A DNA stretch of 64,000 bases from Candidatus Parcubacteria bacterium (GCA_025999395.1 AP024682.1:367487-431486), one strand, 5' to 3'; counted from the first letter of the stretch, positions 1 to 9,921 are shown. Translations and numbers: made by a program. The notes: generated by a model not told the origin, from the letters alone.

Positions 1-97
1 GCTGCGGTGAGCGCTGCAATCGCGCTCACCACAAAGAGGGAGAAGATACTCCCTCAGGAGACTTCTCTACCCTTTGTGGGTAGAGATCAGCACACAT
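1..97 (+). ncRNA. Candidate structured RNA (3' part, 5' end probably outside the window)
   Basis: 55% GC over 1-120 in an AT-rich genome. Perfect hairpins 6-14/22-30, 36-42/49-55 and 64-72/78-86; possible closing stem GCTG 1-4/CAGC 88-91. Followed by a terminator. No recognised family. Confidence 0.5.
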
Positions 98-125
98 CGG
101 GTGACACAAGTCACCCGTTTTTTTT
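98..125 (+). terminator. Intrinsic terminator
   Basis: CGGGTGAC-ACAA-GTCACCCG (8-bp GC-rich stem) followed by T8. Confidence 0.85.
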
Positions 126-172
126 AGATTTTGTTTTAGATATAATTCCCTTAGTAAAGATTTTTAGAAACT

Positions 173-1327
173 ATGCGTTTTCTTCAATTTCTTCGTTCTT
201 GGAAAAGAAAAGTTTCAAAAACTAGTGACACCTTTCTTGAAATTAGAATTAAAAAGGAAAGATTAGTAGAAAATCTAAACTTTTTTAAATCACTTTTTCC
301 TTACTGCCAGATAGCGGTTGTTTTAAAGAGCAATGCTTACGGTCACGGGCTAAAAGAAATAGGAACGTTTTTGGATAAAAGAGAAGAGGTTAGTTATTTG
401 GTAGTTGATAGTTTACTTGAAGCTTTAATTTTAAGAGATACTGGTGTTAAAAAGAGGCTTTTAATTTTGGGAAATGTTTTAGAAAATAATCTTTTTCTTT
501 TAAAAAAGATTAAAAAAGCAACTTTGTTAATTAACTCGCTCATCAATGCCAAACTTTTTTCTTCTAAAATTAATTTTCCTCTCTCAATTCATCTTAAAGT
601 AGATACAGGGATGAGACGGCAAGGAGTAAAGCTGGAAGAATTAGAAGAGGCAATAAGAATTCTTTCTTTGAATAAGAATCTTAAAATAGAAGGTTTGGCG
701 ACTCATTTAGCGGATGCGGATAATGTAGATGAAAAGGAAACTTTAAAACAGATTCAACTTTGGAAAGAGGCTTTAAAAATTTTTAAGTCTTTAGTCAGAG
801 AAGAGGGAATTTTTCATTTTTCAGCAACAGCAGGAACTAAATTTCTTTCTCCCTCTTTGGGAAATTTAATTCGCTTAGGAATAGGTTTTTATGGAATCGA
901 TACTACTTTAGATTCAAGGCTTAAAGTAAAGCCGGCGCTTTCTTTTTGGGCACGAGTGATAAATTTTAAAGAGATAAAAAGAGGTGAAGGAATAGGTTAT
1001 AATTTTAGCTGGAGAGCCGACGAAAACGGCTGGATAGGAATTTTGCCTTGTGGTTATTATGAGGGCCTCCCTTGGGCTTTAAGTAATAAAGGGGTTGTTT
1101 ATTTTGAAAATCAGCCTCTTAAAATAAGGGGAAGAATAAGTATGAATATGACTGCTATTGAAATAACGCCGGCTATTAATCAAATAAAGGAAAATGATTG
1201 GATAGAGGTTTACTCTGATGAAGTTGAAAAACTAAACTCTGTTCAGAAAATAGCTCAAGCTTGTAATACTCTTCCTTACGAAATTTTGGTAAGATTAGCT
1301 CCGACCATTAGAAGGGTTTTAATTTAA
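173..1327 (+). CDS. alr: Alanine racemase
   Basis: PLP-lysine motif VLKSNAYGHG, HLKVDTGMRRQG, GRISMN and C-terminal YEIL..RR. Confidence 0.93.
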   Translation: MRFLQFLRSWKRKVSKTSDTFLEIRIKKERLVENLNFFKSLFPYCQIAVVLKSNAYGHGLKEIGTFLDKREEVSYLVVDSLLEALILRDTGVKKRLLILGNVLENNLFLLKKIKKATLLINSLINAKLFSSKINFPLSIHLKVDTGMRRQGVKLEELEEAIRILSLNKNLKIEGLATHLADADNVDEKETLKQIQLWKEALKIFKSLVREEGIFHFSATAGTKFLSPSLGNLIRLGIGFYGIDTTLDSRLKVKPALSFWARVINFKEIKRGEGIGYNFSWRADENGWIGILPCGYYEGLPWALSNKGVVYFENQPLKIRGRISMNMTAIEITPAINQIKENDWIEVYSDEVEKLNSVQKIAQACNTLPYEILVRLAPTIRRVLI

Positions 1328-1347
1328 TTAAAGGTTCTAAAATTTTT

Positions 1348-3072
1348 ATGGCTAATGATCCGATCGAAGAAATAAAAGAAAAACTGGATATCGTTGAGGT
1401 TATTCAGGAAAGAATCCCTTTAACTCGGGCAGGAAAGAATTTTAAAGCTCTTTGTCCTTTTCATAAAGAGAAAACCCCTTCTTTTATTGTTTCTCCAGAA
1501 AGGCAAACCTGGCATTGTTTTGGTGCCTGTAATACAGGCGGGGATGTTTTTTCCTTTGTAATGAAATACGACAATCTTGAATTTTATGAAGCTTTAAAAA
1601 TGTTAGCCGAGAAAGCGGGAGTGGAACTAAAAAAAATTAGCCCTGCTAGTCAAAAAGAGTTTGGAGTACTTTTTGAAATTAACTTAGCAGCCAAAAACTT
1701 TTTTGTTAACCAACTTTCTTTATCAAAGGAAGCCGGGGATTATCTTTCCTCAAGAAATTTAAAAAAAGAAACAATTGAAGAATTTGAAATTGGCTTTGCT
1801 CCTTTGGAATCGGAGGCTTTAACTCTTCACTTAATAAACTTAGGATTTGAGGCTTCAGATATTGAAAAGGCGGGACTAATCTTTAAAGGTGAAAGGGGGA
1901 CTTACACTGATCGATTTCGAGGAAGGATTATGTTTCCTCTTTACAATAACTTTGGCAAGGTAGTTGGTTTTTCAGGGAGAATTTTGCCTCAGTGGGATGA
2001 TGGAAAAGCTGGTAAATACATCAATACTTCGGAAACCAATATTTTTAATAAATCTCGGATTCTTTACGGTTTTCATAAAGCCAAGCCTTTTATTAAGAAG
2101 GAAAATGAAAGTTTTTTGGTAGAAGGCCAGATGGATTTTTTGGCTCTTTGGCAAGAGGGGATAAAAAATGCAGTGGCTGTTTCGGGAACTGCCTTAACCT
2201 TAGAACATTTAAAAACCTTAAAAAGGATAAGCGATAAGTTAATTATTGGTTTTGATAATGATGAAGCTGGCAAAAAAGCCACCGAAAGAGCCATTGATTT
2301 AGCTAACAGTTTAGACTTTGAGGTAAAAGTCTTTTTAGTTTCTGCTAAAGATGTCGCGGAGTTTATTTCTCAAAATCCGGGAAAGATCAAAAACGAAATA
2401 AACTTAAAAAGTTTTTCGGCGCTTGAATTTTATTTGTCCACTTTTATTAAAGACCCTTCTTCTCCTTCTAAAAGTGAATTAAGATTAATTTTAGAGAAAG
2501 TTTCAAAACTTCTTAGCCCTCTAGAGCAAAATCGCTGGATTAAAAAAATTGCCGAGAAAACCAAAATTAGCGAACCCTTTCTTTTGGAGGAGCTTGCCTT
2601 GCTGAAAAAGAAAAAAACTTCTCCTTTACCCTCAACTCAGTCAGCTAATGAAAAAGAAGAGAAGGAACCTTTAAGTCGTTTGGAAAGTTTAGCTTTAGAA
2701 ATTATCACCTTGATTTTAGCGGATAAAAGAAATTTAAGTTTAGCTAAAGAATATCGAGATTATTTTCCTGCTGATTATTTAGTGGTGCTTGATTGGTTAG
2801 AGGGAAAGAAAGTTTCCTTGCCAGAAAAATTTAGTCATCTGATAGATATTTTAGAAATGAAAGTTTCTTTTAAGTATCAAGACACAAGTCAGGAAAAATT
2901 GTTTTCTGAAACCAATTTTCTCTTAAAAGAGTTAAAGAGAGAATTTTTAAAGGAAAGAAGAAAAACCTTGCTGGAGGCTATTCAAAAGAAAGAGCGGGAA
3001 AATGATTTACAAGCTCTCAAGCAGTTACTGGAAGAATTTGACCAAATAACAAAATTGTTAGATAATTCTTAA
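1348..3072 (+). CDS. dnaG: DNA primase
   Basis: CPFHKEKTPSF zinc finger, CFGAC, KYINT, TOPRIM EGQMD and FDND; upstream of rpoD. Confidence 0.97.
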   Translation: MANDPIEEIKEKLDIVEVIQERIPLTRAGKNFKALCPFHKEKTPSFIVSPERQTWHCFGACNTGGDVFSFVMKYDNLEFYEALKMLAEKAGVELKKISPASQKEFGVLFEINLAAKNFFVNQLSLSKEAGDYLSSRNLKKETIEEFEIGFAPLESEALTLHLINLGFEASDIEKAGLIFKGERGTYTDRFRGRIMFPLYNNFGKVVGFSGRILPQWDDGKAGKYINTSETNIFNKSRILYGFHKAKPFIKKENESFLVEGQMDFLALWQEGIKNAVAVSGTALTLEHLKTLKRISDKLIIGFDNDEAGKKATERAIDLANSLDFEVKVFLVSAKDVAEFISQNPGKIKNEINLKSFSALEFYLSTFIKDPSSPSKSELRLILEKVSKLLSPLEQNRWIKKIAEKTKISEPFLLEELALLKKKKTSPLPSTQSANEKEEKEPLSRLESLALEIITLILADKRNLSLAKEYRDYFPADYLVVLDWLEGKKVSLPEKFSHLIDILEMKVSFKYQDTSQEKLFSETNFLLKELKREFLKERRKTLLEAIQKKERENDLQALKQLLEEFDQITKLLDNS

Positions 3073-3081
3073 GCAATAAAG

Positions 3082-3126
3082 AAAACAAGAAGGTCTTTGG
3101 GTTTTCGAAAAAAACCTCTTGTTTTT
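3082..3126 (+). terminator. Stem-loop between dnaG and rpoD (terminator or processing site)
   Basis: AAAACAAG-A-AGG (3082-3093) pairs with CCT-CTTGTTTT (3115-3125); short T tract. Confidence 0.35.
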
Positions 3127-3199
3127 AACTTTGTTTTCTCCTAAATTTATAATTAGCTAACTTTAAACATTTTAGTTTTTGCTTTTTTAAGAGGGTAGT

Positions 3200-4492
3200 A
3201 TGAAAAAGAAAAATCTTGCCAAAAATAAAAAAAAGAGCCCAAAGAAATCCGCCTTAAATAAGGCTAAAAAGAAGAATCAAAAGAAGACTTTGAAATCAAA
3301 GACAAAACAAAAAAAGTCTTTAAAGAAGGCGGGCTTTGCCTTGCAGAAAAAAAACAAAGTAAATTCGAAGAAAGAAAAAAAGAGTTATCAAAAAAAAGAA
3401 CCAAGCATCAAGAAAAAGTCTTTCTTTGATGAAGAAGCTATTTCAGACTTGATAGAAAGAGGAAAGAGCCGAGGTTTTGTTACTGATTCAGAAATTCTCT
3501 CCTTCTTTCCTAATATTGAGAATGATGTTGAGTTTTTGGAAAAGGTTTACAGCCACTTAGAGAATCATAACATTAAGGTTATTGAGGTAGGAGAATTAAT
3601 TGAACCAACCACCAGTCCAGAGAAATCAGCTTCCGAAATAGACGAGCTACTTGAAACAACAGATTTGCCGGATGCGGTTCAAATGTATCTTAAATCAATC
3701 GGAAAAACTCCTCTTTTAACCGCTCAGGAAGAAAAAGAACTTGCTAAAAGAGCAGAAAAAGGCGATGAGGAAGCTCGCCAAAAATTGATTCAGGCTAACC
3801 TTCGCTTAGTGGTTTCGATTGCCAAGCATTATGTTAATCGAAGCGCTAATTTAAGCTTGTTGGATTTAATTCAAGAAGGAAATATTGGTCTTTCCCGAGC
3901 AGTAGATAAATTCGATTATCGAAAAGGCTTTAAATTTTCCACCTATGCTACCTGGTGGATTAGGCAAGCAATCACTCGTGCCTTAGCTGATCAGTCGCGA
4001 ACTATTCGAATTCCAGTACATATGGTAGAAACTATTTCCAAATACACTCAAGTTAAAAGAAGATTAGCTCAAGAGTTAGGAAGAGAACCCTTAGCCGAAG
4101 AGATTGCAATTGAGATGAAAACTTCGGTTGAAAAAATTCGCCACATTCAAGAAATTTCTCAAGAAGTTCTTTCTTTAGAATCTCCTCTGGGAGATGACGA
4201 AGAAAGCTCCACTCTTTCTGAATTTATTAAAGATGAAAAGAGTTTAACTCCGGATCAAGTGACGGCTCGCTCATTGTTGCGGGAAAAAATTTTGGAAATT
4301 ATGAAAGATCTTACTCCGCGAGAAAGAGAAATAATTTCGATGAGGTTTGGTTTAGAAGATGGAGTTAATCACACCTTAGAAGAAGTAGGAAAGAAATTTG
4401 GAGTTACTCGGGAGCGGATCAGACAAATTGAAGCAAAGGCTTTGGAAAGAATGAGAGAACATGAGAAATCTAAGGCTTTAGAAGAATATTGA
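3200..4492 (+). CDS. rpoD: Primary sigma factor RpoD/SigA with Lys-rich N-terminal extension
   Basis: [41 protein letters not shown] and [13 protein letters not shown]. Confidence 0.97.
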   Translation: MKKKNLAKNKKKSPKKSALNKAKKKNQKKTLKSKTKQKKSLKKAGFALQKKNKVNSKKEKKSYQKKEPSIKKKSFFDEEAISDLIERGKSRGFVTDSEILSFFPNIENDVEFLEKVYSHLENHNIKVIEVGELIEPTTSPEKSASEIDELLETTDLPDAVQMYLKSIGKTPLLTAQEEKELAKRAEKGDEEARQKLIQANLRLVVSIAKHYVNRSANLSLLDLIQEGNIGLSRAVDKFDYRKGFKFSTYATWWIRQAITRALADQSRTIRIPVHMVETISKYTQVKRRLAQELGREPLAEEIAIEMKTSVEKIRHIQEISQEVLSLESPLGDDEESSTLSEFIKDEKSLTPDQVTARSLLREKILEIMKDLTPREREIISMRFGLEDGVNHTLEEVGKKFGVTRERIRQIEAKALERMREHEKSKALEEY

Positions 4493-4508
4493 GCTAGAAA
4501 ATATTCTT

Positions 4509-6320
4509 ATGTATTTTTACAAATTAAGAGAAGATTTTTTAAATTTCTTTAAGGAAAGAGGGCATACAATTGTCCCTTCCTCCTCTTTAATTCCCGATGA
4601 TCCTTCGGTGCTTTTAACAACGGCGGGAATGCAGCAGTTTAAAAGGTATTATACCGGAGAATTAAATCCTTTTTCTGATTTTGGTTCAGCACGCACTGCT
4701 TCAATCCAAAAATGTTTTCGAACGAGTGATATAGAAGAGGTGGGAGATAACACTCATCTAACCTTTTTTGAAATGTTGGGAAATTTTTCTTTTGGGCCGG
4801 TAGGGGAGGATGATCCCAAAAATTTTGGAAAGGAGGGTTATTTTAAAAGAGCAGCAATCGGATGGGGGTTTGAATTGGTTACTCAAGTTTTAAAAATTGA
4901 CCCGGCAAAAATTTTTGTTACTGTTTTTGGGGGTGATAAGGAAATTCCTTTTGATGAGGAATCTTTTAAAATTTGGTCTCAAGAAATTGGTTTACCTAAG
5001 GAGAGAATTAAATTAGGCTCAAGAGAGGACAATTTCTGGGGGCCTACAGGAAGCGAGGGTCCTTGCGGTCCAACAACTGAAATTTATGTGGCTTCGGATG
5101 AAAATCAAGCCCTTCAAGGAAAAGGGGTAGAAGTGTGGAATATTGTTTTTAATGAGTTTTATAAGAATAAGAGTGGAGAATATAAGAAATTAGAAAATCC
5201 GGGAATTGATACCGGTGCTGGTTATGAGAGATTGTTAACTGTTTTAGAAAAGGTAGAAAGCGTTTTTGAAACTAGTGCTTTTTTGCCTTTAGTAGAAGTG
5301 ATTAAGAAAATGGCTCCCTCTCTTTCTTTAAAAGAGTTAAGAGTGCTGGCGGATCATATTCGGGGGGCGATCTTTTTAATTGCTGATGGAGTTGAGCCCT
5401 CTAATAAGGAAGCAGGTTATGTTTTAAGGCGTCTTTTAAGAAGAATAATTGCAATTAAGGTAAAGAACGATATTCACGAAGATATTTTTCAGTTGGGTTA
5501 TGAGGAGGTGAAAAAATTATTTGGAGACATTTATCCGGAGGTTAAGGATAAAGAAAAAATTATAAATGTTTGGCAAACAGAATTCTTTAAATTTGAAACT
5601 GCTATCAGTAGGGGAATAAAGGAACTAACTAAATATCAAACCATTTCTGGAAAAGATGCTTTTTATCTTTATGAAACTTTTGGATTGCCTTTTGAATTAA
5701 TAAAAGAATTAGCTCCTCCTCAAGCGGTGAAAAATCTTTCTTTTCAAGATTTTGAAGAAGAATTCAAAAAACACCAAGAGATTTCTCGAGCGGGCGTTCA
5801 AAAAAAATTTGGTGGTCATGGACTTATTTTGGACACTGGAGAATTGAAAGCAGAAACTCAAGAAGATTTAAAGAAAGTCTTAGCTCTTCATACTGCTACT
5901 CATCTTCTCCAATGGGCTTTAAGAAAGGTTTTAGGAGATCAGATTCGTCAAATGGGTTCGGATATTAATCCGGAAAGATTAAGGTTTGATTTTAATTTTG
6001 GCAGAAAATTAACCGAAGAGGAGTTAAAAAAGATAGAGGATTTAGTCAATGAACAAATAAAGAAAGATTTGCCTGTTTATTTTAAAGAAATGCCCAAAAA
6101 AGAAGCGGAAAAAATTGCTCTTTCTTTTTTTAAAGAAAAATATCCCGATATTGTTAAGGTTTATTTTATCGGCTCAGAAAAAAGTGGGGGAGTAATAAGC
6201 GCTGAGTTTTGTGGAGGGCCTCATGTTAACTCTACTAAGGAAATTGGTTCCTTTAAAATAATAAAGGAAGAATCAGTAGGAAAGGGAGTGAGGAGAATTC
6301 GCGCCACAGTAGAGTTTTAG
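4509..6320 (+). CDS. alaS: Alanine--tRNA ligase, short form without C-Ala domain
   Basis: TAGMQQFK, HLTFFEMLGNFSF, GPCGP, editing motifs HTATH and CGGPHV; ends at GVRRIRA. Confidence 0.96.
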   Translation: MYFYKLREDFLNFFKERGHTIVPSSSLIPDDPSVLLTTAGMQQFKRYYTGELNPFSDFGSARTASIQKCFRTSDIEEVGDNTHLTFFEMLGNFSFGPVGEDDPKNFGKEGYFKRAAIGWGFELVTQVLKIDPAKIFVTVFGGDKEIPFDEESFKIWSQEIGLPKERIKLGSREDNFWGPTGSEGPCGPTTEIYVASDENQALQGKGVEVWNIVFNEFYKNKSGEYKKLENPGIDTGAGYERLLTVLEKVESVFETSAFLPLVEVIKKMAPSLSLKELRVLADHIRGAIFLIADGVEPSNKEAGYVLRRLLRRIIAIKVKNDIHEDIFQLGYEEVKKLFGDIYPEVKDKEKIINVWQTEFFKFETAISRGIKELTKYQTISGKDAFYLYETFGLPFELIKELAPPQAVKNLSFQDFEEEFKKHQEISRAGVQKKFGGHGLILDTGELKAETQEDLKKVLALHTATHLLQWALRKVLGDQIRQMGSDINPERLRFDFNFGRKLTEEELKKIEDLVNEQIKKDLPVYFKEMPKKEAEKIALSFFKEKYPDIVKVYFIGSEKSGGVISAEFCGGPHVNSTKEIGSFKIIKEESVGKGVRRIRATVEF

Positions 6321-6373
6321 TTTTTATTGTTTATTTTTTAATTTGAAATTCCTGAGAGAGATTTGAGGCAAAA

Positions 6374-7609
6374 ATGATCAAAACTGTTTTTCAAAAAATC
6401 AAAACTTTTTTAACTAACTTTAAACAAAGACAAAGGGTTCTTTTTGTTAGCTTTAAAGAGGAAGGGGTACTTTTGGAAAAAGTAGTTTTTTTATCAGAAG
6501 ATTTTGATCTTCAATGTTTTCGAAAAAAAATTCTTATTAAAGATTTAAACGAAAAAAATTTTAAGAATAATCTCTTTTTCAAGTTTTTTTTATTCTTTCT
6601 TTTCTTTCCTTTTCCTTACAAAGTGGTAGTTAATCTTTATCATCTTTATTGTTATTCTCAATGTTCTTTACTGGAAACTAAGAGAAAAAACCCTTCCCAA
6701 CCTTTAACTTCAGAAGAAATTAATTCCTTCTTTTTACAAAATATTTGGAAGCTAATTGAAGAGCAAAAAAGAAAGATCGTCAAAAAGAAAGAAATAGAAG
6801 AAGCCGAAATTTTATTGGTAGATAATCTTGTGTGCGGCATAAAAATTGACGCAAAAACTATTCCTCAGGATTTGAAAAATCTCTCTGATTTTCAAGGGCG
6901 GGATTTTAAGGTTAATCTTTTTCAAACTTTTGTAAAAAGATCTTTCTTTATTGACCTTACAAGAGTTCTTCCTCGTCGTGCTCAGCTGGCTGGTTTTTTT
7001 GAAGAAGGAATAACTTTGGCTACTTCTCTTTACTTGAAAGAGTTCTTTGAATCTCCTAAAAAAGAAAATCAACCCTTTCTTCTTTTTTTCTTAAGAGAAA
7101 AAGAAACCTCCGTTTTTCTTTTTGATAAAAAAGAAATTTATTCTTTTGATCATCTAAACTTTGGCTATTTCTATCTGTATCAGGTTTTTAATAATCTCTT
7201 GGGTATTAATAGGGAAGTTTTTGAAGAAATAATGAAAAGATTAGAAAGAAATGAACTTTCTGTAAAAGTGAGGGATTATTTCTTAAAGATTATTAGAAAG
7301 GAATTAAAGAATTTTTATTATGCAGTTTTTTCTCTAAAGAAAAGTTTGGGAGTTAAGAAGCATTATTTTTACGCAGAAAAGCTAACAAACTTTTTAAATA
7401 AATGGGAAAAGAAATATTTTTCTTCTTTGGTAAAAGAAGAAGCTCTCTTTTTTTCTTTTAAGAAGGATTCTTGCCTTAAAGAAGAGGATTTAGTGTTTCA
7501 ATCTCTTTTAAGTTTTTCTTTAGAAAACGTTTTTAGAAAAAGTTTGGCTAATAGCTTGGTTGTCAAATTAATTCGCTGGTTGATTCCTCATAATATACAA
7601 ATTGAATAG
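6374..7609 (+). CDS. Degenerate FtsA/actin-like protein
   Basis: Segments resembling the FtsA insertion subdomain (R..P...T.EEI; IKIDA...FQG..FKVNL) and the actin-fold second half; the DxG nucleotide loops are not conserved. Confidence 0.45.
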   Translation: MIKTVFQKIKTFLTNFKQRQRVLFVSFKEEGVLLEKVVFLSEDFDLQCFRKKILIKDLNEKNFKNNLFFKFFLFFLFFPFPYKVVVNLYHLYCYSQCSLLETKRKNPSQPLTSEEINSFFLQNIWKLIEEQKRKIVKKKEIEEAEILLVDNLVCGIKIDAKTIPQDLKNLSDFQGRDFKVNLFQTFVKRSFFIDLTRVLPRRAQLAGFFEEGITLATSLYLKEFFESPKKENQPFLLFFLREKETSVFLFDKKEIYSFDHLNFGYFYLYQVFNNLLGINREVFEEIMKRLERNELSVKVRDYFLKIIRKELKNFYYAVFSLKKSLGVKKHYFYAEKLTNFLNKWEKKYFSSLVKEEALFFSFKKDSCLKEEDLVFQSLLSFSLENVFRKSLANSLVVKLIRWLIPHNIQIE

Positions 7610-7612
7610 ATT

Positions 7613-7621
7613 TGCTATAAT
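7613..7621 (+). promoter_or_regulatory. Extended -10 promoter element
   Basis: TGCTATAAT, ending 27 nt upstream of the ATG at 7649. Confidence 0.5.
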
Positions 7622-7648
7622 AAAGAAAAATTTTGGGATTAAAAATCT

Positions 7649-8995
7649 ATGAAAAAAAAGAAAATAGTAAAAGTTTTAGATATTGTTCCTGTCTCGGGTA
7701 AAAGAACTCACCGAGCTAAAGTAAAAAAGGAAAGAACAGAAGAAGTTAATTTTGTTGAAAAGAAAGATGTTTTCCCTGAATTTGATTTAAAAAATGATAG
7801 CTTTTTAAAAGAAACTGAGTCTTTTGAAGGAGAAGAAAAAAAAAGTAAAAAAAGCGTTTTGAAAAAAGTTTTAAGACTTGTTCTTATTTTAGGAATAGGA
7901 GGAGGAGTTATCTATGTTGCTTTTTTTATTCTGCCTAAGGTGGAAGTAAGAGTTTTTAGTAAAAAAGTCCCCTGGTCTTTTGAAGGATCGGTGGTGGTGA
8001 ACAAAAATATTAATCAAATTGATCTAGCCTCTAAACAGATTCCGGGGGAAATTCTGGTAAAAAAAGGTAATCAAGTTTTTAAGTTTACTCCCAGCGGGAA
8101 AAAAATGGGGGAAAGTAAGGCGAGGGGAGTAATTACGGTGGTTAATAATTTTGGCCCCGTCTCTCAAAAATTAGTGGCTACTACTCGTTTTCAAACTGCG
8201 GATGGAAAAATATTTAGATTAGTTTCAGATGTAATTATTCCGCCGGCTAAAGTAGTTGACGGTAAAATTCAACCCTCTTCTATTGATGTTCAGGTAATAG
8301 CGGATAAAGCAGGTCCGGATTATAACATTGGTCCTCAAAGTAAATTTACTATTCCCGGTTTTCAAGGAACTCAGAAGTATCAAGGATTTTACGGCTATTC
8401 TACTCAACCAATGAAAGGAGGAGCGGTAGGAGAAATTTCCTTTGTTACCGAAGAAGACGCCGAGAAAGCAGAAGCAGAAGCAGAAACAAAATTAAAGGAA
8501 GCTCTTCTTTCTAGTCTTTTGATGAGCTTCCCTCAGGATTTAGTTTATTTAGATAATGCTTATGATTTTGCGGTTCTTAAAAAAGAGGTCGATTCTAATT
8601 TAGATGAGAACGGTCAATTTTCGGTTTTTGTTGATGGTCAAATTTCTTTAATTGTTTTTAAGAAAGAAAACTTAGTTGAACTTTTAAAGAAAATAGCTTG
8701 GGAAGAAAACATTCCTCAAAATTATGTCCAAACTCAAGAGAAGTTGGAATATCAAAAGCCTTTGGTTGATTGGAAAGCAGGAAGAGCAGAAATTCCTTTG
8801 AAGTATAAAACTGTCTTTGCTGCTCCTTTAGATGCTAATAAGTTAAAGAAAGAGATTTTGGGTAAAAAGGAAACCGAACTTAAATCTTACATTCTTTCTT
8901 TAGCGGGTATTGATAAGTTGAATGTTTCTTTTTGGCCTTTTTGGGTAAAGAGTGTTCCTCAAAAGGAAAATCGAGTTCAGATAATAGTTGAGTAG
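7649..8995 (+). CDS. Membrane-anchored protein with baseplate J-like extracytoplasmic domain
   Basis: Single TM (LVLILGIGGGVIYVAFFIL), then A.G.ITVVN, TTRFQT.DG..F, and V.A...G..YNI patterns typical of baseplate J-like domains. Confidence 0.65.
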   Translation: MKKKKIVKVLDIVPVSGKRTHRAKVKKERTEEVNFVEKKDVFPEFDLKNDSFLKETESFEGEEKKSKKSVLKKVLRLVLILGIGGGVIYVAFFILPKVEVRVFSKKVPWSFEGSVVVNKNINQIDLASKQIPGEILVKKGNQVFKFTPSGKKMGESKARGVITVVNNFGPVSQKLVATTRFQTADGKIFRLVSDVIIPPAKVVDGKIQPSSIDVQVIADKAGPDYNIGPQSKFTIPGFQGTQKYQGFYGYSTQPMKGGAVGEISFVTEEDAEKAEAEAETKLKEALLSSLLMSFPQDLVYLDNAYDFAVLKKEVDSNLDENGQFSVFVDGQISLIVFKKENLVELLKKIAWEENIPQNYVQTQEKLEYQKPLVDWKAGRAEIPLKYKTVFAAPLDANKLKKEILGKKETELKSYILSLAGIDKLNVSFWPFWVKSVPQKENRVQIIVE

Positions 8996-9033
8996 CTCCT
9001 GTTGTTTTTAAGAGGCAATTTTTATTTTTCTTC

Positions 9034-9062
9034 TTGACTTTCTTCTTTATTTTTCTTATCAT
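9034..9062 (+). promoter_or_regulatory. Sigma70 promoter for infA-rpmJ-rpsM cluster
   Basis: TTGACT-N17-TATCAT; ATG 11 nt downstream. Confidence 0.55.
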
Positions 9063-9073
9063 CTTTCTTGTTA

Positions 9074-9286
9074 ATGGCTGGAAAAGATAAGTTTAATCTC
9101 TTAGAAGGGAAAGTGATCGAAGCTTTGCCTTCAGCTACTTTTAGAGTAGAGACCGCTGAAGGTGTTTTTCTTTGTCATCTTTCCGGCAAAATGAGGATTA
9201 ACTACATTAAGGTAACGCCGGGAGACAAAGTTCTTATTAGACCGAGTCCGGATAAAAAAAGAGGAATCATTGTTAAAAGAGTTTAA
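9074..9286 (+). CDS. infA: Translation initiation factor IF-1
   Basis: EGKVIEALP, HLSGKMR..YI...PGDKV; ATG at 9074 preferred over TTG at 9068. Confidence 0.95.
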   Translation: MAGKDKFNLLEGKVIEALPSATFRVETAEGVFLCHLSGKMRINYIKVTPGDKVLIRPSPDKKRGIIVKRV

Positions 9287-9325
9287 AAAAATTAGAGAGA
9301 AATTTATTTTTAAGTTTGAACAATT

Positions 9326-9442
9326 ATGAAGGTACGCTCTTCAGTGAGAAGAATATGTAAGGATTGCAAAGTTGTTCGAAGAAAAGGAAAGCTGTATGTT
9401 ATCTGTAAAAAGAATGTTAAACACAAACAAAGACAAGGGTAA
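9326..9442 (+). CDS. rpmJ: 50S ribosomal protein L36 (Zn-binding type; not in ORF track)
   Basis: Read manually: [38 protein letters not shown]. Confidence 0.97.
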   Translation: MKVRSSVRRICKDCKVVRRKGKLYVICKKNVKHKQRQG

Positions 9443-9502
9443 TTAAATAAGAAGGCGGCGCCTTTTGTTTTTGGTTAGAATAAGAAATTTAATTTTTGAA
9501 TT

Positions 9503-9886
9503 ATGAGATTATTAGGAGTAAATCTTCCCGATCAAAAGAAAATAGTTTTTGCCTTAACCCATTTTTATGGGATAGGTCTTTCTTTGGCTGAAAAAATTTT
9601 AAAAGAAACTAATGTTGATTCCTCTAAAAAAACAAAAGAATTAACTCCCGAAGAAATTAACCGAATTAAAGAGTACATCGAAAAAAATTGCAAAGTTGAG
9701 GGGGAATTGCGACAAATTGTAAGAAGTAATATTGAGCGTTTAAAAAACATTTCCTGCTATCGAGGAATTAGGCATATAAAAAGATTGCCGGTTCGTGGGC
9801 AGAGAACCAAAACCAATTCTCGAACGGTAAGAGGCAATGTAAGAAAAACTGCAGGCAGTGGAAAGAGAAAAGTTGAGCTCAAGTAA
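9503..9886 (+). CDS. rpsM: 30S ribosomal protein S13
   Basis: YGIG, YRGIRH..RLPVRGQRTKTN. Confidence 0.97.
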   Translation: MRLLGVNLPDQKKIVFALTHFYGIGLSLAEKILKETNVDSSKKTKELTPEEINRIKEYIEKNCKVEGELRQIVRSNIERLKNISCYRGIRHIKRLPVRGQRTKTNSRTVRGNVRKTAGSGKRKVELK

Positions 9887-9921
9887 AGTAATTAAATCAT
9901 TAATAAGATCATTCTATTAAT

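Noticed and set aside
7-225. 72-aa ORF at the window start
   Set aside because: Runs through the hairpins and terminator, overlaps alr out of frame and has no motif.
7649-8995. Prophage suggested by the baseplate J-like domain
   Set aside because: The protein is TM-anchored, flanked by core genes, and no capsid, terminase, tail or integrase genes are present.
9451-9472. Small GC hairpin and T run between rpmJ and rpsM
   Set aside because: Only a 6-bp stem with a 3-nt loop and an interrupted U tract; too weak to call a terminator.
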